DNA of 64,000 bases from Neoechinorhynchus agilis (lineage: Eukaryota; Animalia; Acanthocephala): the NCBI GenBank assembly GCA_051530055.1, contig CM121343.1, positions 5,054,389 through 5,118,388 of the forward strand, read 5' to 3'. This document shows positions 12,501 to 23,760 of this stretch, piece by piece. A program made the translations under genes and the position numbers. Each line of letters opens with the position of its first letter. Position 1 is the stretch's first letter. Under the pieces are notes generated by a model. The model had not been told where the DNA came from. It was given only the letters and a program-made list of their open reading frames with translations, and did no database searches.

Positions 12501-13628
12501 TTAGTTGACAACGATGTTGATTGTAGACGTGACCGGTACATTTACCCTACAAGTGAACTTTTCAGGTCTACTGAGATTAACCTGAACTTGTTTCACATGG
12601 ACATCAGTGGATTGCCCATCGGAATTATTTGCTTTATTAGCATTAGTCGTTGAATTGACATGAACCGGGATCTCTGTTGTTTTATCTTGATTGGCTTTTT
12701 TGATCACATCCGGATTAAAAGAACACTGCTGCTCGTGGACTATTATGTCATTAAGCTTGATTGAATGCATTCCGCAAAACCGGCACATATGAAGCAATAA
12801 TGACGATGATGATCGACTGCCGTAAGTGGACCGCGGCCGTCTATTCCTATAGATACGTCTTGTTTGTCTCGGGTACTTGAAGAACTGCGAGAAGAGTGGA
12901 TAGTTGGTTTTTCCAGGATTGGAAGTGGGTGGCTCTTTAGGTTGAGTGTTCGATGTGCATGTGCCATGACTTCTAAAAAATCCATTGGATTGCGATGGCG
13001 TTTGACGGCTATTTGATCGATATTGGTTAAAGAAGAGATGTGGCGAGAATGGTGTGTAAAACCTGAGCCGGATATAATTTACAAATGCATCAAACCGGGC
13101 GGAGGCGTCCCTGAAGAAGTACAGACGACACCTGTCTTGTAAAAGAAAACCTCCTCACTCATACAGGTGACATCCACCGTAGTCATTGTCGAAAAACGAA
13201 CGGTCGTAGAACATACTAAATGGATCGTATGAGTGCCACCTTGTATGCTGCTGCTGATGGAATCGCTGATGGCGCTGGTGGTGACCGTCGAAGCAAAAGT
13301 CGGGCGGGAACCGGTCATCCATACTGTCGAAATCGGCGGTTTTCCGTCGTTGCTGTTGACCGTTTCCGGGGTGATGAAACATTGACGACTTTACAGAGCT
13401 TGTGGATTTATTTAAATCGTAGAGCCTCCGCTCACTTGCGTCACTCAGGACTTCATATGCTTTTTGTATTAACTTAAACCTCTCAGCAGTCTCATCGGAC
13501 GCATTTTTATCCGGATGCCATAATTTAGCCTGTCTATAGTAGGCTCTCTTGACTTCATTAGTATCTGCAGATTCCGATATTCCTAAAATCGCGTAGTAAT
13601 CCTGGACCGCGGCGGTTTCGCAAACCAT
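12501..13628 (-). CDS. DnaJ/Hsp40 protein with N-terminal J domain and C-terminal C2HC-type zinc finger
   Basis: DYYAILG...YYRQAKLWHPDKN...FKLIQKAYEVLSD. The same frame continues past a single TGA (13155-13157) into CRFCG...HEQQC; the TGA lies inside a removable 60-nt segment. Confidence 0.85.
13120..13179 (-). other. Candidate non-canonical TA-bounded hairpin intron (60 nt) in the DnaJ gene
   Basis: GACTA|CGGTGGATGTCACCTGT...ACAGGTGTCGTCTGTA|CTTC. TAC direct repeat and a 13-bp terminal stem. GT-AG alternatives of 27 or 33 nt also exist. Confidence 0.55.
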
Positions 13629-15109
13629 CTAGACGAATGAAAAAGGGGACACTATTGAAACGAGGTCAACATTTGCCGTGTCGCCGCCACCGCCCCAAAA
13701 GTGCAAGGGATGCGGTTATGTATCAAAAGTGTAATTGCCCTTATGAATACGATGTATCATGAGTAGTTTGGTTGGAGATGGGTGTTAAGGGCGGAAGGCC
13801 ACATAAGACTGTCGATGAGTCATCGTTGTGGGGCATTGCACGTCCTGACAGATTTCTCTTGTTGACATTACAAAGGAAGCACCAGTAGAAATCAGATGAC
13901 TTTAAGACTGTGGTGGAGGTAGTCGTAGATGATGATGATGATGAAAAGTTGTCGGCGAAACGAACTCTTACGTGAGCAACAAGGAGTCATCGCGATGTTC
14001 ATCATCCTTTTCTCACATTCTCAATGAAATTAATTCGAGAACTACGGAGGAGAGAGCTAGAAACAACGAGCTTACACCAATGTGGTACGTTTGTGTGTGT
14101 GTGTGCAAGATTCGAGTGCCTCGGTTAAAGTCTAAAAGCTCTCAATGGGCGCTCCTCCCCCATTCCAAACGCGCCTTATGCACCGTCGTCGTTTCATATT
14201 GAAGAAAAAGAGTTGTATAACCGGTGGCGCCCTCAAAGCCGGCTCCCCACCCACCACCACCACCACCACCCAACCCGATTCATCGAGCGCATGCGTGTGC
14301 GCGTGCGTGTGTGTGTGTGTGCGTGCAATCATCCCTGAGCGTATCGCGATGATTTTACGCATTGAACATTTTTCACAACCGCTGGGGGAGCTCGTTTGTC
14401 TCAGCTACCAATGCATCTTTGCCCTTCTTCGTCAAAATCATCGCTTCCTATACTTGTGCAGCGTGTTTATTGTGCCTAAGGAGGATATAGAAGGAGGACT
14501 AGGCATACGATGGGAAAGATGGGATTCAGGGATGTGCTTCTTCGTGATGGCACAGCCGATTTTCTATATTTAGAAAGGATGTCTGGCATTATTGCGCAAC
14601 CTCCAGTGTCGCCTTCACCTCCTTTTCCTCCTTTGACCAGATTCAGTAACGCGGCGGCGGCGGCGGCGGCGGGCGACTAAGCCCGGTCATTCGTCTTCTT
14701 ATGAACGTTGCTCTCTTTTCAAATAGCCTCATCATGCACCCACTGCATCCTGTTATCCGGGCCACAACGGCCACTTTTGCTTCACGGTTTTCTATAGGCG
14801 CAACTCGTCAAATGCCACCGATCCACATAAAAAGTCATCCCTCTTTTTCTACACTTCTCAACTTACATCAAGGTCGTGTTATGACTCCTTCTGGGGTGGA
14901 ATGATGCGTGCCTTCGAGGAACACCATCTAATGAGCGACAAAATCCATACCCACCGTTGACACACAAATCCAGAAAAAACAACAACAACAATGACATTAA
15001 CTATGTAAACAATGAGCACCCAATGCCCAAAATTAGAATGATCACTCTTTGAATTATATAAATCTTTGAAGATTGAACTGTTTATATCGGTTGGCTTTTA
15101 TATGGCGAA

Positions 15110-16050
15110 GAAATTAACCCCAAGGATTTTCTCTGTCGATGATTAAAATGATCTTAAAACTGCCGATTGGTTTAGGAGAGGCACAATCTTGTACGCCTTT
15201 TGATCTAGGTCGTTGCTTGGAAGTTTTTAAATATCTGTGAGTTTAAAAACTTACAAGCAACAACCTTTATCAAAAGGCGAACAAGATTGTGTGCCTCTCC
15301 GAAAACAATCGGCAGTTTTAAAATTGAATCATTTTAATCATCGACAGAGAAAATCCTTCCGGTTAATCAAATTATTTGTGTTTGAAAATAATCCCGGTAA
15401 TAACGTATTTCCCCTATAAATAAAATATATTATGACCGGGATTTTTTGCAAAAAAGGTATAATTTGATTAACTCGAAGGATTTTCTCTGTCGATGATTAA
15501 AATGATTTTATTTTAAAACTGCCGATTGTTTTCGGAGAGGCACAATCTTGTACGCCTTTTGAACTAGGTCGTTGCTTGTAAGTTTTTAAATATTTGTGAG
15601 TTTAAAAACTTACAAGCAACGACCTTGACCAAAAGGCGAACAAGGTTGTGTGCCATCGAAAACAATCGGCAGTTTTAAAATAAAATCATTTTAATCATCG
15701 ACAAAGAAAATCCTTCGGGTTAATCAAATTATTTGTGTTTGAAAATAATCATGGGTCATAACGTATTTCCCCTATAAATAAAATATATTATGACCGGGAT
15801 TTTTTGCAAAAAAGGTATAATTTGATTAACTCGAAGGATTTTCTCTGTCGATGATAAAAATGATTTTATTTTAAAACTGCCGATTGTTTTCGGAGAGGCA
15901 CACAATCTTCTACGCCTTTTGATCTCGGTCGTTGCTTGTAAGTTTTTAAACTCACAAATATTTAAAAACTTCCAAACGACCTTGACCAAAAGGCGAACAA
16001 GATTGTGTGCCTCTCCGAAAACAATCGGCAGTTTTAAAATAAAATCATTT
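15110..16050. repeat. Tandem array of ~357-bp units (~2.6 copies), each containing a long palindrome
   Basis: aaggattt(t)tctctgtcgatga recurs at ~15122, ~15477 and ~15835. Within each unit the arms pair around aagtttttaaa...tttaaaaactt. Confidence 0.9.
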
Positions 16051-16893
16051 TAATTTCTTCACCATATAAACAACCAATTATATAAATGCACATTCATATT
16101 GATTGTGGATCAAAAATTTGATGGACGATCGTCTAATCAACCGAACTGCGCTTTCATCCTAATTAAAATGAACTGTTTCTAATATAAATTTACGCCCACA
16201 ATACAGTCGTGAGAAGGTTTTTCGAACAAGAATAATCAGTTATTTCGTCCTGCGAACTCCACTTTAATTCGGTTTTCCATATTTTTATATAAGTTATTAA
16301 TCCTTTTGAACTTGATCCATAAACTTCAGCAGCTTTAGTCTTCACGAATGTCAGCGTTTTTGATCCATGTTCACAGCAAAACAAAGTTGCATTCAAAAAT
16401 AAACTACGCCGAGCAAAATATTGTATCTAAAATGTAGATGTGTATCGCAGCTACTTTGCAGCTAATCTTTTTGCCAATCATCAATTGAGATTGCGTTCAT
16501 AAATCTAATTAATTCTATTTATCAATTCTGACGAAGCTAAGCGGCAGAATCTTTGCCTTCTTTTGGATTGTGAATAAAACGTCTTTATTAATCTAGAGAA
16601 AATCTCCCGGAAGAGTAGGAGATGCGGCGATGATCCTAATTCCTGTCCGGGTGAAACATATTTAAATATTTCGAAAGAGGGTCATCCAGAAAGATTTTTT
16701 TGTTTTGTAAGGGAGGTTCGGAAACTATGTGCCACTTTTTGCGAAATATTTTGATCCAAAAAATATGTTTTATCCGGAGGATTATGATGACCAAAACCCC
16801 AAAACTTCGCTACGAACATAACAATTGATAGCGATGATAAGATTTCATAGTAAATATGTGATTATTGCAAATTTCGTTTTTACAATTAAATAA

Positions 16894-17820
16894 GGATTTA
16901 CGCTTTTGCAGCTTCAAAACGCTCGAAGTGCTCCAAAAATATTTAATTTCGGTAAAACGCCAAAAAACGGAGTAGAATCCCACAACCATAAATCTACACT
17001 TTTATAAGACGATTTCTCGTCGCCAATTACGATCAATGCCTTTTATTTCACAAAATATAAACCAATTAGGCTTCAAAAAGAATTTGATATTGCAAACTTC
17101 TTTTGTTCAATTTATAGTCAATATATTTTTTAAATAGGGATTTACGCTTTTGCAGCTTCAAAACGCTCGAAGTGCTCCAAAAAAATTTAATTTCGGTAAA
17201 ACGCCAAAAAACTGAGTTAGATCCCACAACCATAAATCTACACTTTTATAAGACGATTTCTCGTCGCCAATTACGATCAATGCCTTTTATTTCACAAAAT
17301 ATAAACCAATTAGGCTTCAAAAAGAATTTGATATTGCAAACTTCTTTTGTTCAATTTATAGTCAATATATTTTTTAAATAGGGATTTACGCTTTTGCAGC
17401 TTCAAAACGCTTGAAATGCTCCAAAAATATTTAATTTCGGTAAAACGCCAAAAAACGGAGTTGAATCCCACAACCATAAATCTACACTTTTATAAGACGA
17501 TTTCTCGTCGCCAATTACGATCAAGGCCTTTTATTTCACAAAATATAAACCAATTAGGCTTCAAAAAGAATTTGATATTGCAAACTTCTTTTGTTCAATT
17601 TATAGTCAATATATTTTTTAAATTAGGATTTGCGCTTTTGCAGCTTCAAAACGCTTGAAATGCTCCAAAAATATTTAATTTCGGTAAAACGCTAAAAAAC
17701 TGAGTTGAATCCTACAAACATTAAATCTACACTTTTATAAGACGATTTCTCGTCGCCAATTACGATCAAGGCCTTTTATTTAAAAAATATAAACCAATTA
17801 GGCTTCAAAAAGAATTTGGC
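16894..17820. repeat. Tandem array, 244-bp unit, ~3.8 copies
   Basis: ggattt(a/g)cgcttttgcagc recurs at 16894, 17138, 17382 and 17626. Confidence 0.93.
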
Positions 17821-18339
17821 GTCTATCTCTTTTCTGAAATAGTCACCATGTCTGGTGTCAAGTTGTTACGAATATAGTTTTTTTATGAAATTTTGTTTTT
17901 GAGTTCGAACTCCGTTTTTCGTGATGAGTGATGCTGACAATGAAGGTTAATGAGCAGTCAAGTTTTTACTCAGAGCTACGCGACGCCCGGAATTGTATCT
18001 ATACCGAATAATTAACAAATTTCCATTGTATTTATGTTCTGTTCCGAATCATAACTGCCTTTCTTGCTCTCTCTCACACATATTTCTGTTAAATCTTTTA
18101 CAGTAATAATTTCGATTCATATGATATCCACAATTAAACTTCAATGTATAATTCCATATCGCTTTATACTGTTTTTGAACATAAATTAATCCGTATTTCA
18201 GTTTTTAAGTACCAAGCGAATTTCATGAGCAATCGCAAACTTTGCAATTTTTTGATTTATTTTTTTCGCTATACTCTCAACCTGATTTTTGTGCGAGTTT
18301 GTCATTTCTCAGATTGTATTTAAGCATTTTATTCGGAAG

Positions 18340-19100
18340 ATGACATCAGATTTGTTGACACCTATCAGAGAGTTACTAGGTAAAACCGATAATTTAATTG
18401 AGGTGACTTAATTTCGTACAAACTTTCTGTCTTTAAAAACAGCCTTAGAACGAATCTTGTAACAACCGCAATGTTGCGAACGAAGACGATTTCAGAAAGA
18501 TAACACTTAATTTGAGCAGGTTAAATCGAATGATAAAGGTGAGACACTTTGCCAAGCTATAAATTGAAGTGAATGTTCGATTACTATTATTAGAATATCT
18601 ACATGGAGATGGATAGTTCATGGTCGAAGTCGTTAAAATGTGAGCTTAGGCAATACGAAGAAACTCTCAGTAAGTTGGAAAAGAAGTACCGAGTTTTGAT
18701 GATTGGGCGATTCACGCAAAGAAGTGTGCAAAATCGGAATTTATTGCTCTATGATGTTTCAACGAACAGTTCCGATCAAGCACAAGATGATTATGCAAAA
18801 TCAGTTTCCGTAACGCCTGAATCGATCACTTCAAATTTCGAAGAAGTCAATCTCGTCTTGTCCGATACTGTGGCATCAAATGTCAAGATTCTTGCTCGAT
18901 TGGAATATTCATCTGATACATTGACAAAGGCTGGCGATGGACAAAAAATCGATGTCGATCAGCGTCTTACCAAATCAAGGGGTTTGCTGAACAAGCAAGC
19001 AAGGAGCTATATGATGCAGGCTGCACTTTTCTATCTTCTGACCGTTTTTTTCTTTTTATTGTGTGCTATGGTCGTGTACCACAGGTTACTGATGCCATAG
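18340..19100 (+). CDS. BNIP1: Sec20/BNIP1-like SNARE, 3 exons
   Basis: Spliced frame MTSDLLTPIRELLGKTDNLIE|NESC...RMIK|NIYMEMD... using gtgact..ccttag and gtgaga..attag introns. SNARE-like helix ITSNFEEVNLVL...SRGLLNKQ and a C-terminal TM segment ending YHRLL. Confidence 0.75.
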
Positions 19101-19464
19101 TTATTCACATCGATTGACTTTTTGGAAACATATGCGATTTTGTAAATTTGTGGGCCAAAGTTGGTTGTGTTGATAGATTCCACCACGTGTGCTTTTGAAG
19201 TCAAAAATAGAAAACTCCTGCTTAGGGACATTGCGTGAACACTAAAAGCTTTCCTCATGTAAAGTGCTAAAATTGATCTTCCCTTGCGGTAGTGTGAGAA
19301 TTTCATGAAGGTTGAAAGAGGCTTTTTTCAGTGAACAACCAAATTTAGACGGAGTTTGATGATTTTTTTACAAAAGTAGGTCTAGGTAAGAATTTTGAGC
19401 TAAATGGAATTGTCAAACGTTTTTACTGGCGGCTTTTTAGTTTTCCTTCTTGGCAAGAAGCCAC

Positions 19465-19575
19465 CACTCTGATGCATACGGTAAAGAGAGTTTGTACGCA
19501 TCCCTTTGGATTCTCAGATACCTCCCCAGGAGGAGGCGGGACTCATCAATGAGGTATTTCGTCCTCTTTGGTTGT
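19465..19575 (-). mobile_element. 3' fragment of the tRNA-derived SINE family, with hammerhead-like core
   Basis: Shares actctgatgcatacggt.aagag and gtac..atcc..ggat with 26670-26775, 22720-22770, 50490-50560 and 61510-61600. Confidence 0.7.
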
Positions 19576-19915
19576 GCGTCATTGGCAGTAAGTGGCCATT
19601 GTGCGGGTAAAAATTGCTAAACTAATAAAGATCGAAGTGCAATTATTAATATCTCGGTGTGAAACAGCGATCATTCCAGCAAGAAACCTTTTAAACGCCG
19701 TAGAACTGAACGATCGTTGAGATATGATCAAGAAAAGCTTTGAGGAAATGCGTAAATCATCAGTGTGTGTTTTGTTGAGATGCTCGAATGTCTAGGTCGA
19801 TTTTGGATTCTAGTTGTTGTTGGCGGCACTATCACTCACGATAGAGAATATTAATTTTGTCGAGTAGAGCTTTAAAGGAGCAAACGACCAGAATCCAGAG
19901 TACCACGTTTGAATG

Positions 19916-21138
19916 CTAGGAAATTCCAGCTTGGACAAAGAAGAGGTAGGCTACGATGTAGTTCTTAACCATACACAAGCTAACATCGTCCACTCGGTAT
20001 CCGGGAATGTTCAACTTCTTTTCGGAGTTTTGAACAAACCCGAAACACTCTGAAGCCTGAAACAAAACGATGGAAGTCTATAAAGGGCTAAAAAGAAGAA
20101 GGAGACCTCATTCGCAAACATAGTTATAATGAATTTAACTGGCTGGAAGCACTTAACAACGCTTTCAACGCATGTTTGCGATAGAGCAACGGAGGCGTTA
20201 CATTCGAAACTTGCATAACTAAATCCATCTTCAGGGGTCACATGCACGGTGAAGTATTTAAGTCCCTGAAAGATACAATGACTTAAAATCCAAAATTAAA
20301 TACTTACATCGGCCAGGATTGCGTTGCATGAGTATCCGCATGGCTCGAATAGATGCTCATCTACTTCACACTGGTCGAAAATATTTCGCAGTTCTTTGCA
20401 CTAAAAATGTGAGAACTATTTGAGAGCGAACGAGCAACAACAGAACACTAACCGGTTTCAGATAATTATCGATTTGTGGATGATGCGGGGAGGAATGTGG
20501 AGGTGTATTAAGCCTAAATGCTTGTGATCTCGGAGAATCGAGTTGTGTCATCATTATTTCTATTGTCTGATCAGGAGCGATTATAGATTTGGACTTGTTC
20601 AGAGTGTAAAGATGCCAATTGTTTTCGCAATACTTTCCAAACTGAAAAACCAGCTCGCCTTCAAAATAGTTTTCCAAGTATAGAACTTCTTCCTCGAACT
20701 TTCGGTGTGGCACCGGTTGCAATTCGGGTCTCATAAAGTTTTTCCGAGAGTAAAAAACATCCTCGACACTATCGAAGCCAGCATAATCAGAAGCTAATCT
20801 TAATACTTGGGACATGCATCGTAACTGAGCGATTGCACCACACGTTTTCAAAATCAAATGTCGCGGACCAATAAAAAGGGAGCTTTCCGATAATACGTAA
20901 GCATCAGTGTGAGTGCCGCGTTGAAAGCTAACAATTTTGCAACCAATGTCTCCAAGGAAACGCTGAATAGCACGACTGTTCAATAAAATCAGGTTGAGTA
21001 CGAGTGGTTCTAAAGAACTAACCGAGGAATTCGCCGAAGATCATTATTGGAGGTGATTTGGCCGTCTGCCTTCGTGAACCACAGCTCCAGTAGCTTTTCT
21101 GCTCCCTCAAAAAAACTGAAATCGTTGCTACAGGACAT
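19916..21138 (-). CDS. AMD1: S-adenosylmethionine decarboxylase proenzyme, 5 exons
   Basis: FFEGAEKLLELWF, the self-cleavage site YVLSE/SSLF, HLFEPCGYSCNA and HVTPEDGFSYASFE. Four GT-AG introns; the last has a weak gtctcc donor. Confidence 0.95.
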
Positions 21139-21202
21139 CCTTTGAGACTGGATTCTCCGATACACCTAGAAAGCGGGCAACGAGTCTAACCACAAAGCTC
21201 TC

Positions 21203-21223
21203 CTATCCCAACAAAACGACCAT
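21203..21223 (-). promoter_or_regulatory. Six-codon uORF (MVVLLG*) in the AMD1 leader
   Basis: ATG GTC GTT TTG TTG GGA TAG ends 64 nt upstream of the main ATG. Whether it is in the mature mRNA is not known. Confidence 0.45.
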
Positions 21224-21679
21224 CTCCTCGTATCACGAGCTAAAAATACGATAATGGGCGTCAGCGCAAACGTGCGCATCTTTTCATGACGAGCCAATCC
21301 GCGCAAAACTAGTCGATACGAAAGTCACATTCTCACTACTTTTGTAAATCCATCTCCAACACGAAATCGCATTGGAAAAACCGTCGACATACAAAGGCGC
21401 GATCGTTAAACACCTACCAATAATCATTTACGTCACGACTGTTCGCATAATTCAAACACGAAAGAATGTACTCGCATTTCTTAATTTTCGCCCATGACGA
21501 CATGGGGCTCTCGTGTAGATGGTGTACGAAATCCCATTAGTAAAATCAATTGTGTCTACTGTTTTTATTTGAAGCCTGACTAACCGGCCTAGGGCCTAGT
21601 TTTTTACTATAGTGGATAACACTTTCCTAGAAGCTATTAGGAAACTCCCTCACTCCTGGAAGCAATGGAACGGCTGACA

Positions 21680-22100
21680 AAACGCTTAAATTGACAGCTC
21701 CGACTTTAAGCGCCCCGATGGTATTTCTCATGGAAGGAAAATGTCTAATCTGGGATGCGATTGCGTCGATTCGTTGTCGACCTCCAACTTAAGTGATGCT
21801 TCGTCAGGAACGGAAAGGGCATCGATGGCGGTCGAAAGGAGGAAGATTACAAAATACCTGGAGTTGAGCAAATCGCACATCTTCCTTTCAAGGTGGAAAC
21901 GAATGGAGCATTCGGTGAAACAGCTCTCAAATTCTGTGGTGAACTGAGGAAACCCTTGATTAAGGCCACAGGCGATCGTAATGCAAGGCCGTACTTTATC
22001 CAAAAAATGAGCATGACCATGCAAAGAGGGAACACTGCCAGCATCAGACACGGTTCCTCAATGCGGAGTTAAGCATGATTGAGCGGTTCTGCATAATCAA
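21680..22100 (+). mobile_element. Degenerate 3' end of a CRE-type non-LTR retrotransposon (restriction-like endonuclease)
   Basis: RPDG...CVDSLSTSNL...KITKY...ATGDRNARPYFIQKMSMTMQRGNTAS, with frameshifts. Confidence 0.8.
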
Positions 22101-22567
22101 CAAAAACTACTTTATTACTATTGTAGTCAGTTAACGTTTTCCGTGTTATGTTGAATAAAAAAACCACTTTTGTGCTGCGACAGGAGATTTTTCGATCTAC
22201 TGATGCCAGCTACCACAACACTATCGAATTATAATTATTCCTACACATAAACTTCTTCCTTCGAATAAATCTTATGTAGCCGGTGATTCGGATATACGCT
22301 GACCACTAATCTGTTAATCGCAGCAGATCTGGCTAAATTGAAAAGACTTAAGAATTGCCAAAGTGAAAGCCTTCTACTACTCCAGAGGACAACCGCCTGA
22401 AATTCCGCAGCACGTTTTTAAGCTTCCTGGCGAAACTTCCCTTTGTTTGGAAATACTCCTCCGACTAAGCTGTCAAATCAAGCAAATGGGTAGGACTTGA
22501 TAATATGTAATCCGACTCACCTCAATTCTCTATCCACCATGTACCCTTTCCGAACAAATTTCTTCTT

Positions 22568-22899
22568 CTAACCAGTTACTTTTGATCAGTATTTTTGTAT
22601 GATTTTTTTGCGGCTCATAATTTTCCTCCTTGGGCACACAGCCCACCGATCCGGTTTAGGGAAGCGCATAAAATCACACTTGAAACTTTGAACCATACTG
22701 TTATGAGTTTTGTACATCGCTCCGGATCCTCAGATACGCCCGTGAGGCAATCTGCGGTAACGGATTCGAACCCTTTGATCCAAACCGGAGTCAGAAGCTT
22801 TAGTCTACTTGATTATCTCGATGCAACTACGGAATATACAAACTCTGCCGAATTATTTCATTTATTTGAAGTCTGGCTAACCGGTTACTTTTGATCAGT
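22568..22899 (-). mobile_element. SINE copy flanked by a 23-bp target-site duplication
   Basis: ctaacc(a/g)gttacttttgatcagt at 22568-22590 and 22877-22899. Inside are a B box (GGTTCGAATCC on the minus strand) and the family tail gtatctgaggatccgg...tgtaca. Confidence 0.7.
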
Positions 22900-23249
22900 G
22901 TATATGTGTGGCACCTGAAGAAGTCCGACGAGACGAAATATTGTGAAAGGGAATCAATAAATCAATCTCTATTTCTCGTCACGATAACAAAAATAAATCC
23001 ATGAACTTCTTTGCAATCTACCATTTTGTGTCGCCCCGCGGCGCTTATATTGAAATCAATGGGTCGTTTTAATTGTTTTCGTAATTTTCCTCATAGACGA
23101 CTTGATCGCAAATGAGGCTTTTATAGCTTCTATTACAGAAATAGAAGGCTAAGTGAGGAGAAGTACTTTAATATTTCGTCCTCCACATGGGACTTCTTCA
23201 GAATTGCTTGTAAGTTTTCTGATACGATTTTACCGCCTCAAACTTTTCA

Positions 23250-23760
23250 TCGCGTATTGAACACCTAAAAGACGCTAATACCAAGTCTCAAAAAGACGAA
23301 CGAGATCGGGTTGTAAAAACTTACTAGACTTTGCTACGTATTCCGCTCTTATCGGTATTGCACTAAAGAAGATCCTTGAACGAGTACTCTCAATCATCTT
23401 AACTAAAACATGGTTTGCCCTCAATCTTCGTACCACCCCGATCTAGAACTCATCGCCGTATACAGTTTTCAATCCCACAGTTTTTATTTTCTCCTTTTTC
23501 CAGCCAAGAACAACACTCGCAATTCCTTTCATCCTCCTCTGCTTCCTTTTTCCATACAACCCAATATTCTCGGATATCATCATCCGAAATGAACCCGGGG
23601 AAAGACCGTACCTCACAAACCGACGTGAATAAGCAAACCAATACTGGTTATAAACTCTAAAATCAACAGCTCTGAGACCTATCCTATGGATTGAGTGTTC
23701 ACGAGGACTCAGAGATACGTGGGTAATAAAACGTGCTATTGCTAAAAACAATATTAAGAG
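23250..23760 (+). mobile_element. Degenerate Penelope-like fragment
   Basis: Frameshifted RYCTKED..E...LKHGLP, resembling the PLE RT thumb, followed by the repeat core shared with 9230-9560. Confidence 0.45.

Noticed and set aside
13155-13157. Selenocysteine or alternative genetic code reading of the in-frame TGA
   Set aside because: TGA, TAA and TAG all terminate other genes here normally, no SECIS was recognised, and the codon lies in a removable segment.
13900-14900. ORFs 13972-14202, 14132-14362, 14145-14573 and 14701-14904
   Set aside because: They are driven by microsatellites (GT, CAC, GCG repeats) with no protein motifs; probably the DnaJ upstream or UTR region.
20056-20107. AMD1 last intron with an odd gtctcc donor as a member of the non-canonical family
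   Set aside because: It still has GT and AG ends with a pyrimidine tract, and has no terminal stem or TA boundary.
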